Part shown: one piece after another, positions 19,378-26,380 of the stretch
Layout of the letters: each line of letters starts with the position of its first letter
Numbering within the stretch: position 1 is the first letter of the stretch
IMG/VR virus record: IMGVR_UViG_3300047564_004575
Location: 8,661 to 72,660 of that record
Source of the DNA: a virus
Direction: 5' to 3' (one strand)
Length of the DNA: 64,000 nt
The notes under the pieces: generated by a model
The model's database searches: none
What the model saw: only the letters and a program-made list of their open reading frames with translations
Told to the model about the DNA's origin: nothing
Made by a program: the position numbers and the translations under genes

Positions 19378-19553
19378 ATGGGAGGGGCATAAGCCCCAAG
19401 ACCTAACTAAGCTTGACTAAGCGTGACCAGTCTAAACATGGCGAACCCCGTCGAGACTCGTGACGCTATCTTAATTAGGAGAAAAACATAGACTAGACCC
19501 GACTAAACGTGGCTTGACTTGGCTGGACTGAACAAAAACGCGACTAGAAAGTT

Positions 19554-19627
19554 TGGAAGCGATACTGGGAATCGAACCCAGGATAGAGATTTTGCAGATC
19601 CCTGCCTTACCACTTGGCTATATCGCT
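19554..19627 (-). tRNA. trnC: tRNA-Cys(GCA) embedded in the array
   Basis: AGCGATA/TATCGCT acceptor, D loop with GG, anticodon loop CT-GCA-AA, CTGGG-TTCGATT-CCCAG, U discriminator, encoded CCA. Confidence 0.95.
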
Positions 19628-19768
19628 TTGGAGACTAGGGAATTACCCCTAGTAATTAGACTAGACATGACCAGACGCGACTTGACGAGACGCAACCAAA
19701 CAAAACGCAACCGAACATAACCGAACGCGACAAGACGCGACTAAACCTAACACAACTCGATTGTTTTT

Positions 19769-19811
19769 GCCCCTTGCCAGAATTGCACTGGCTTAAACCA
19801 CTAGGAGAGGC
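19769..19811 (-). ncRNA. Mini tRNA-like element 3
   Basis: GCCTCTC-CTAGTGGTTTAA-GCCAG TGCAATT CTGGC-AAGGGGC. Confidence 0.75.
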
Positions 19812-19916
19812 GTGACTAGGGGAATTAACCCCTAGTAATTAGACTTGACGCGACGCGACCTGGCAAAACATAACCCGACACGGCGGAACCAAACAAAACT
19901 CAGCAAGAAAATCTGT

Positions 19917-20537
19917 TTAGAGTTCGACTTTAAAGCGACCAAACTCAGGACGGCGATCGCATAGTCCGATGATTTTGCCGCTTAGATGCAAGATATCAGC
20001 AATGTCAGCTTGGTTTACAACATCTGGCATATAGTCAACAACGATTTCCGCTTCCCATGACCGGAAAATAGGACGGGTACGCATAATAGCATTCTTCATC
20101 ACACGCTCAGCCCGAACGTCAACATAGTTGGCATCCGCCCATAACTCGTTAGTTCCTTTGTTAGTCCCAATGTCAAGACGGGCATCTTCACTAATCACAA
20201 TCCCAGCTTTAAACGTCGTCCCAAGCTTCTTCTTTTTAGCACCTGACAAAAGCATCCCTTTAATAACCGTAGCAGGTAAGCATGGCTTGCTATTGTCGGT
20301 AAAAGCAATGTCTGCCCCGTCAACGTCTAGATTGTGTTGACCTTCCAGATAAAGACCGGCATACCATTCTAATTTGCTGATAACGTCGAGGTCATCTTCA
20401 ACCTTTTTGCGCTTGCCGGTGTATTGCTTAATCAGTTGCGTGATGCCATTGCGAGGATTGACCAGAATATTGGCATTGTGCATTAACAGGGGAGTGTGTC
20501 CTATTAACTTTGCTTGCAGTGTTTTAAAACCGTCCAT
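19917..20537 (-). CDS. Stand-alone Cas7/RAMP-like RNA-binding protein (Vipr-like)
   Basis: L.G.TPLLMH first strand, PCLPATVIKGML (compare RAMP IPGSSLKG), RTRPIF..W, C-terminal G-loop GKIIGLCDRRPEFGRFKV. Confidence 0.75.
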   Translation of the reverse strand: MDGFKTLQAKLIGHTPLLMHNANILVNPRNGITQLIKQYTGKRKKVEDDLDVISKLEWYAGLYLEGQHNLDVDGADIAFTDNSKPCLPATVIKGMLLSGAKKKKLGTTFKAGIVISEDARLDIGTNKGTNELWADANYVDVRAERVMKNAIMRTRPIFRSWEAEIVVDYMPDVVNQADIADILHLSGKIIGLCDRRPEFGRFKVEL

Positions 20538-20566
20538 ACTTGCCTCGATGAATTTCTATATAAATC

Positions 20567-20595
20567 ATATTACCTGGCACACTGTTATTTGTCAA
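20567..20595 (-). promoter_or_regulatory. Sigma70-type promoter of the RAMP gene and array
   Basis: TTGACA-N17-TAATAT; GAGG RBS near 20543-20546. Confidence 0.75.
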
Positions 20596-20681
20596 CCAAA
20601 AAAGAATATGTAATGGACTTAATTTGTTTTGCCATCAAATATATGTGACCAAGTGGCGATCGCCACCCACCCCCATATAAA

Positions 20682-20751
20682 CCCAAAACCCATACACCGT
20701 AAGGCTTTCAAAAAGTGTTGCATATACTTTAGAAACTCCAGGGGACTGCAA
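20682..20751 (+). repeat. Dispersed 70-bp repeat, copy C
   Basis: AAACCCATACACCGTAAGGCTTTCAAAAAGTGTTGCATATACTTTAGAAACTCCAGGGGACTGCAA. Confidence 0.9.
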
Positions 20752-20816
20752 AAACTCCCCAACGGCAATAAAAAACCCGCCTAGATGACGGGATGATTGA
20801 TTAGACTTCAGATGTT

Positions 20817-21557
20817 TTATTGCTGCCCCATAATCGCGTTTAGGGCTATCTTGGCTTGGCTACCAGCTTTCTTACAGACATTGACTGCTTGCCATGCGTT
20901 GCCGGTCTGTGTGTTGTTTAGTTTCATCTTTTCGGCTAGCTGTAGGAATGTCAGTTCATCCCGTTGGTGTTCTGTCATATAGTCACGGCTACCAGTCCGA
21001 ACGCCAGCCAATTGATTATTGTGTTTGTTAACCGTGGCATGATGGACACCTTCGGCTCCTCGCAATTTCAATTCATCGTGTAAGCCGTGATATTCCTTTA
21101 GGTATTTGCCGTGTTGATTTAAATGCTCTGAGACTGAATTGACTTGATCTTGGGTTGTGGTGCGACTAATGGCAATCTTAGCCAGTTCCTCAGGGGCGAT
21201 CGCTAGCATTCCGCCTAATTCATTCCCCAGCGTTGCCAGTAGCTTTAATCGTTCCTTAGCTTTAGCCTTTGTTTCTGGCTTAGTCCGTTTACCGTCAATC
21301 AGAGCGTCAAGGATGGCTACCACTTCAGTCGAAGTAAACAAGGTAACACCTTGTAACCCTCCAGCAGTAAGGGCTTCAGCCTCTTTACCTGCGTTTAACG
21401 CCTCACCTTTTTGCTTGATTGTTTTGGCAGAAGCACCAGTCCATCGAGACAATGCGTTAATGCTGGAATAAAGAATTTTATCTTGATGGTCAAAATACAA
21501 ATCGAATCCATCATAGGATTCTTTAATCTGCTTATCCGAAACCTTTACGATAGACAT
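20817..21557 (-). CDS. Putative DNA-binding/antirepressor-like protein
   Basis: SSINALSRWTGAS HTH-like segment, TAGGLQGVTL motif; structured leader with AAGGAG. Confidence 0.55.
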   Translation of the reverse strand: MSIVKVSDKQIKESYDGFDLYFDHQDKILYSSINALSRWTGASAKTIKQKGEALNAGKEAEALTAGGLQGVTLFTSTEVVAILDALIDGKRTKPETKAKAKERLKLLATLGNELGGMLAIAPEELAKIAISRTTTQDQVNSVSEHLNQHGKYLKEYHGLHDELKLRGAEGVHHATVNKHNNQLAGVRTGSRDYMTEHQRDELTFLQLAEKMKLNNTQTGNAWQAVNVCKKAGSQAKIALNAIMGQQ

Positions 21558-21732
21558 TAGTGAACGCTCCTTTTTAGCGGTTACTCATTGCTCCGGCTGC
21601 TCTTACAGCGCGGGGCACTTTTATTTACATCACTATCCTAAAACACAAATTGCTAAACATTCCAAAGCCCATCAAATATATGTAACCAAGTGGCGATCGC
21701 CGCCCCCTTTTAGCCTGACATAGCCAACAAAC

Positions 21733-21842
21733 TGAACTATTCCCGAAACCCTTACTGTATATAGCTTTAAGCCACTGTTGCACATATCTAAGGATACCCA
21801 GGGTACTACAACATTCGGATAATACCCAATAAAAAAGCCCCC
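21733..21842 (+). repeat. Dispersed repeat copy D (extended ~110-bp near-identity with copy F)
   Basis: TGAACTATTCCCGAAACCCTTACTGTATATAGCTTTAAGCCACTGTTGCAYATATCTAAGGATAYCCAGGGTACTACAACATTCGG. Confidence 0.9.
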
Positions 21843-21923
21843 ACTAGGGAGGGCTGTAACTATCATCTAGGCTTGTGTCAGTTAATGTAACGGTGTACGA
21901 GGTCTATATTAATTAAGCACAAT

Positions 21924-22280
21924 CTAAAGGCGGACAACTTTGACTGATACCCGACCTTGGGACTTTTTGGCGATGCGACTAAAGGCGGCTGACGATAGGT
22001 CAATTGAGCAATTACCACAACGGTCTGTGATGCGGACAATAACTGACTTGCCGGTTTTACGATTAGTCACTTTGACCCGTTGACCCAATCGGTAGTTATT
22101 ACTGGCAGCAGTCATAGCATTAGGGTTATATCGCGCCCCATTAGCCATTTTGCGACCCGCTAGACTGTGATGGTAGTAAGTAGCGGTTTGTGCCTCTACA
22201 GTGGCGGGAATGACCGTTAAAACGAGAGATAGGATGACTGTGGATAGTTTCATGGTGTTTCTAATTTGCTTAACTAGCAA
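21924..22280 (-). CDS. RlpA-like double-psi beta-barrel protein (lytic transglycosylase family), secreted
   Basis: Signal peptide, ATYY, GRKMANG..Y....TAA, VRITDR, IDLS.AAF; true start probably MKLST. Confidence 0.85.
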   Translation of the reverse strand: MLVKQIRNTMKLSTVILSLVLTVIPATVEAQTATYYHHSLAGRKMANGARYNPNAMTAASNNYRLGQRVKVTNRKTGKSVIVRITDRCGNCSIDLSSAAFSRIAKKSQGRVSVKVVRL

Positions 22281-22346
22281 ATATCTTACATCACATCAAA
22301 TGTATAGCAAGGGACGATTGTTAAACTGTCACAGTGGGATGGCTTT

Positions 22347-22667
22347 TTATTGACCGCATCCAGTTTGTTTAAACGCTTTCCAAGAAAAAAATTCAAAGAT
22401 TTCGCGGTAAGGATTATTTTCATTCGCGTTTAATATCCCTGATACCAAAAACCCTTCATCTTCGGTTAATCGGGCATTAACGTATAGTGCCACTTTTTCG
22501 TTATCGTCAGCGTACAGTTTAAAAGCCTCGCATAAGTATATACCAGTATCGTTGCCTAGCTGGGCGTAAGCACCACGGATTCTATTTTCAGTCTCTGAAT
22601 ATTGCTGGGCGATCGCCGAAGTAGCAGATAGAGACAATGCAATTGACAAACTCAAAGCTTTTAGCAT
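22347..22667 (-). CDS. Secreted hypothetical protein
   Basis: N-terminal signal peptide (AIA-QQ). Confidence 0.65.
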   Translation of the reverse strand: MLKALSLSIALSLSATSAIAQQYSETENRIRGAYAQLGNDTGIYLCEAFKLYADDNEKVALYVNARLTEDEGFLVSGILNANENNPYREIFEFFSWKAFKQTGCGQ

Positions 22668-22764
22668 AATGACACCTTGATATTTCTTCTATTCTAGTGT
22701 GCCCAACTTGCCCAAGAAAAAACCCATCTTTAGCGGATGGGTTAGTGAGTTATGGGGTAATGGG

Positions 22765-23598
22765 TTATTCGACTAGATAACGAGGGCGATAGTGTGATCG
22801 TCGGTAATAGTCGTCTAATTGACCGATATATTCCCGTTTAAGCTGTTCATTCTCTTGGATATAGGCTGACATCTGCCACGCATCAGGATTGTCCTTTAAG
22901 CCAGAATCATCGATGTAATGGTTTAGTGTCTTGTAATCCGGTTTCCCGTGACGCATCAAGCCCAGTCGCTTACACAATTCAGATTTGGTAACGGTACTGC
23001 CATTATTGACAATGTCGTCATCCTTGATAATCCGATCCCGGTACTCAACCTTCGTTACTTCCGAATAGCCTAAGACTTTTTGCTGTACGACATCATCGCA
23101 TAGGGTGACTACGGTGTGACGGAACTGGACTAAGGACAAATCAGCTTGCTTGGCTTGGGCGATCGCCGTTTCTTTTTGAGCTTCCAGCCGCAATCCTTCA
23201 TTTTTCAAGTGTTGAAGTTCAATCTCTTGAGCCATTAATGGGTTAGTTGTTTGGAGTAACTTCCATTTCTTCTCTGTCTCAATGAAGTATTGACGAACCT
23301 GATGCCCTTCCTCAGTTTCAGACATCATGCAAAGATGCTTCATTGAGTCACAGGTGAGATGGAATACTTCAGACTTTGCCCCGCCACCTTGAGGACGTTT
23401 CACCATCTCCACATCTCGGTGGAAATCGATACCCTCAGTGAGTTTTATCAATTTACGCTTAGCTGAATCCTTGCGAGAATACCCAGCAATCTTCCAAGCA
23501 ATATCAAAATCGACTGGGAACTGTTCACCATTGCGTTCTGCTTCCATCCACTGATCAATCAGGGTTTTGGCATCGTAACTTAAAATCATATTAGACAT
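22765..23598 (-). CDS. Antirepressor-like protein (AntA-type N-terminus; C-terminus shared with the KilA-N ORF)
   Basis: FPVDFDIAWKIAGYSRKDSAKR, TCDSMKHLCMM..TEEG..VRQYF. Confidence 0.7.
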   Translation of the reverse strand: MSNMILSYDAKTLIDQWMEAERNGEQFPVDFDIAWKIAGYSRKDSAKRKLIKLTEGIDFHRDVEMVKRPQGGGAKSEVFHLTCDSMKHLCMMSETEEGHQVRQYFIETEKKWKLLQTTNPLMAQEIELQHLKNEGLRLEAQKETAIAQAKQADLSLVQFRHTVVTLCDDVVQQKVLGYSEVTKVEYRDRIIKDDDIVNNGSTVTKSELCKRLGLMRHGKPDYKTLNHYIDDSGLKDNPDAWQMSAYIQENEQLKREYIGQLDDYYRRSHYRPRYLVE

Positions 23599-23654
23599 TT
23601 ATGCCTCCTCATTAGGCTAAGTGTTAAAGTCCTCCAGTTAACGCTGGAGGCACT
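23599..23654 (-). promoter_or_regulatory. Conserved structured 5' leader (copy 3)
   Basis: GTGCCTCCAGCGTTAACTGGAGGACTTTAACACTTAGCCTAATGAGGAGGC; TAAGATAG upstream. Confidence 0.7.
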
Positions 23655-23742
23655 TTCTCTCTCTATCTTAAAACATTCGCAAAAACATCAAACATTTGAT
23701 AGTGGTAGGCACATCAAAACGCCACTGACCAGCGATCGCCAA

Positions 23743-24018
23743 TCAATCAAACTCAACGCCAAAGTCAACTCCTAAAACTTGCTCCATTTTTCTTAACGTC
23801 TCTAACGGTATCGACTGCCTTCCAGACTCAATCCGATACCAATTAGCAGTGGTCATCCCTGCCAAGCCACAAATCTGCGTGATGGTTCGATCATCGTTTA
23901 GCCTGGCTTGCTTGATTTTGTCGTTTAATGCCGGGACTTGCACCCGTACCGTCTTAACTACTTCCATTGTCACTGGCATGATGGAACACCTCAATCTTAC
24001 TAAACATATCACCTCCAT
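23743..24018 (-). CDS. XRE/Cro-family HTH regulator
   Basis: IKQARL...TITQICGLAGMTTANWYRIESG..SIPLETLRK; true start likely downstream of the annotated one. Confidence 0.85.
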   Translation of the reverse strand: MEVICLVRLRCSIMPVTMEVVKTVRVQVPALNDKIKQARLNDDRTITQICGLAGMTTANWYRIESGRQSIPLETLRKMEQVLGVDFGVEFD

Positions 24019-24059
24019 TATAACCCACTGCGTTTAAAAGAAAACTTATAAAGTTGCGC

Positions 24060-24090
24060 TTGACAATCTGAGATTATGGGTGTTTAATAA
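24060..24090 (+). promoter_or_regulatory. Rightward promoter divergent from the XRE gene
   Basis: TTGACA at 24060, followed by TG-TTTAAT -10-like box. Confidence 0.55.
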
Positions 24091-24219
24091 AAGTATGGAA
24101 ACGGACAGCACGCCGCAAGCCAATAGTTAACCAAAGTGCAGATACGACAAAGCGACCGCCCACCCTGAGAAAGTTAGCGATCGCCCTGTTTAACCCCTTC
24201 GTTTAAAAGGATTACTCCT

Positions 24220-24468
24220 ATGTTATCTCAAATTGATTTTTATCAACCCACCGAAATGACCGTAGAAGAAGCTTATGAGCTTTTAGCGGACTACGAACAT
24301 GAACAACGGGTAAATGGTGAGTGGGAAGCCATCACCGCTGTATATGGCGACATTGCCAACAAATCACCTGAATGGTGGGAAGGATTTTTATCTGCCTTAG
24401 CCCGTCGTAACGGGGTAAATGTTGCGGTATTTCAACAGCATGGGCCAGTTAACTTTGACGAATTCTAA
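24220..24468 (+). CDS. Hypothetical protein
   Basis: AAGGA RBS; 82 aa. Confidence 0.65.
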   Translation: MLSQIDFYQPTEMTVEEAYELLADYEHEQRVNGEWEAITAVYGDIANKSPEWWEGFLSALARRNGVNVAVFQQHGPVNFDEF

Positions 24469-24510
24469 ACTTGCAAACCATTACCGGGGGCGTAATGCCC
24501 CTTAATTATC

Positions 24511-25224
24511 ATGTTGACTATCGATGAACAGAAACAAGTTAAAGACTGGCTACAGGACGAATTAGACGGCGTAGCTTTCCCCGTAGACTTTGACATTGCA
24601 TGGGTTATGGCGGGTTATGCTCGCAAAGACCACGCAAAGCGTCGGTTAACCAATCAGTCATCCTACCTAGTAAAAGATGAAGATTACAAAATCGATCACG
24701 GTGATGTACTTCTCCCCCAATCGGGGGAATCGACGATTTTAGGTCGTTCTAGCGACCGTATAGTAATGACCTGTGACGCTTTTAAACATTTCTGTTTGAT
24801 GGCACAAACTAGCAAAGGTCGTGAGATTCGTCAGTATTTTATCAATGTTGAGAAAAACTGGAATCATGACCTAATGCAAGATGAAATCGATGCACTCTAT
24901 GAGTGTCTTGATGACCTAGAAAGTGAAACAAAGCAGTGTGAATCCCCCAAAAAGTTCCGAGTCAACCATCAGAACGTCTCAAATACATCGGTCTATACCC
25001 TTGTTTGTGTCGTAGGTGATGGTCAGTTTGTCGAATTAATGAGCTACACTTTGCCCCCAGAGATTTACAACGAGCCCGAGTTTGAAAGGTACTCTCTACT
25101 CAAGGGCGCGGCAATGGCTAACTTTTATGCCTTTGTTCACCTGTTGAATGAGATGTCAAAAGACTTTACTCCCTGTCTTGATGGCGTAATCTACCGTTAT
25201 GCAAGCTTAGGACGGTCAAAGTAA
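24511..25224 (+). CDS. Antirepressor-like protein (AntA-type N-terminus)
   Basis: FPVDFDIAWVMAGYARKDHAKR, TCDAFKHFCLMAQTSKGREIRQYF. Confidence 0.7.
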   Translation: MLTIDEQKQVKDWLQDELDGVAFPVDFDIAWVMAGYARKDHAKRRLTNQSSYLVKDEDYKIDHGDVLLPQSGESTILGRSSDRIVMTCDAFKHFCLMAQTSKGREIRQYFINVEKNWNHDLMQDEIDALYECLDDLESETKQCESPKKFRVNHQNVSNTSVYTLVCVVGDGQFVELMSYTLPPEIYNEPEFERYSLLKGAAMANFYAFVHLLNEMSKDFTPCLDGVIYRYASLGRSK

Positions 25225-25237
25225 ATCATTAAGTTAC

Positions 25238-25266
25238 CAAGGGGAGAATTGAACTCCCCTTTTTTA
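25238..25266 (+). terminator. Intrinsic terminator
   Basis: AAGGGGAG-AATTGAA-CTCCCCTT followed by a T run. Confidence 0.7.
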
Positions 25267-25392
25267 ATTCAACTCTTATCAAATGTTTGATAGACGGGCA
25301 AGCAAATTAAAATAGAATGGTAATGAGAATCCCTTCGCGGCTAACCACAGCCCAAGGGAAGTAAACCGTTCACTTTAACCAATAGGTTCACC

Positions 25393-26103
25393 ATGTCAGA
25401 TATTGTAAATCAGTCCGCAATTGAAGTAGTCACCAAAGGCGATCGCCTAGTAGTCGATTCTCGACTAATTGCATTAGACCTTGACATTCAACACAAGAAT
25501 TTTGCCGAAACTATCCGAAAACATAAAACTGTTACAGAGCAACGCTTTGGGACGCTAACGTTTGAAACGGCATCGTCAAAAATGCCTGATGGTCGTATCA
25601 ATCCGAACCCCGAAAAGTTCTATTGGCTAACAGAAGCTCAAGCTTCATTCCTAATGACCCTTAGCCGAAATACTGATCGGGTTATCGAGTGCAAAGCGAA
25701 CTTAGTTCAGGCTTTTATGGAGGCTCAATCTAAGCTTGTTAGCCAGTCAGTCCCACGGTCTTATGCTCAGGCATTGCTAGAAGCCGGTCGGTTAGCATTA
25801 GAACTAGAAAAAGCAGAAGCAGAAAAATTACTGCTAGAAGAACAAAATGAACAACTATCCGAAGCGGTAGATGAACTGTTTGATTATTCCAGCATTATCC
25901 GTATCGCCAAGTTTAACAACGTCTGTGAGACTCGCTTTAAGTGGCAAACTCTAAAGGGCATGAGTCGCAAAATGGGATGCGAGGTCAAACGTGTTCCTTG
26001 TCCACGATTTGAATGGAAAAATCTGTATAGTCATGATGTTTGGCGGATTTGTTATCCGGATATGCAACTACCCGAAACCACTACATTAGTTATTAAACAT
26101 TAA
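25393..26103 (+). CDS. Rha-family phage regulatory protein
   Basis: VVDSRLIA..L..QHKN, YWLTEAQASFLMTLSRNT, PRSYAQALLEA. Confidence 0.85.
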   Translation: MSDIVNQSAIEVVTKGDRLVVDSRLIALDLDIQHKNFAETIRKHKTVTEQRFGTLTFETASSKMPDGRINPNPEKFYWLTEAQASFLMTLSRNTDRVIECKANLVQAFMEAQSKLVSQSVPRSYAQALLEAGRLALELEKAEAEKLLLEEQNEQLSEAVDELFDYSSIIRIAKFNNVCETRFKWQTLKGMSRKMGCEVKRVPCPRFEWKNLYSHDVWRICYPDMQLPETTTLVIKH

Positions 26104-26140
26104 TCTCAAATATTAGTAATCCACCAAGCACCTTACTAAG

Positions 26141-26371
26141 GTGCTTTTTAAACCCACCATGACATTCACTGAATTACAAAAGGAATCTAGGAAACGTAAT
26201 TTTACCGATGTACATTTTATCTTTACCAATCAAATCGGCACGATATTACATGGAGAGTGGATTGATTCATCTAGTTTCACGGTCTACGAATATCCCGGTA
26301 CAATCAGTGTCAATCAATGGAAGAAACTAGGAGGGAATAAGCTCGTTTACCTGATAATCCCACGGTATTAG
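26141..26371 (+). CDS. Hypothetical protein
   Basis: Short ORF co-oriented with the Rha gene. Confidence 0.5.
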   Translation: MLFKPTMTFTELQKESRKRNFTDVHFIFTNQIGTILHGEWIDSSSFTVYEYPGTISVNQWKKLGGNKLVYLIIPRY

Positions 26372-26380
26372 AGCTTTAAA

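Larger units (their letters stand above)
19088..19909 (-). ncRNA. Array of six putative guide RNAs built of GYY-NN pentamers with 3' hairpins (VIPR-like)
   Basis: Phased NN-RRC units on +: 19107-19176 (14), 19255-19324 (14), 19398-19457 (~12, degenerate), 19489-19544 (11), 19657-19756 (20), 19840-19904 (13). Confidence 0.85.

Noticed and set aside
19088-19909. Canonical CRISPR array
   Set aside because: No identical 23-47-bp repeats with unique spacers. The separators are tRNA-like with divergent stems, the intervening tracts are themselves periodic, and there is no cas1 or cas2 in the window.
19107-19909. Simple microsatellite, cyanobacterial STRR, or repeat-protein CDS
   Set aside because: The period is 5 nt (not the 7 of STRR, nor a multiple of 3), the variable positions are not homogenised, and no ORF of 60 aa or more spans the region.
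21672-21866. Similar small ORFs at 21672-21866 and 55005-55250 (also 40438-40620) as a paralogous protein family
   Set aside because: The similarity comes from the non-coding dispersed repeat they overlap, and they cross terminators and promoters.
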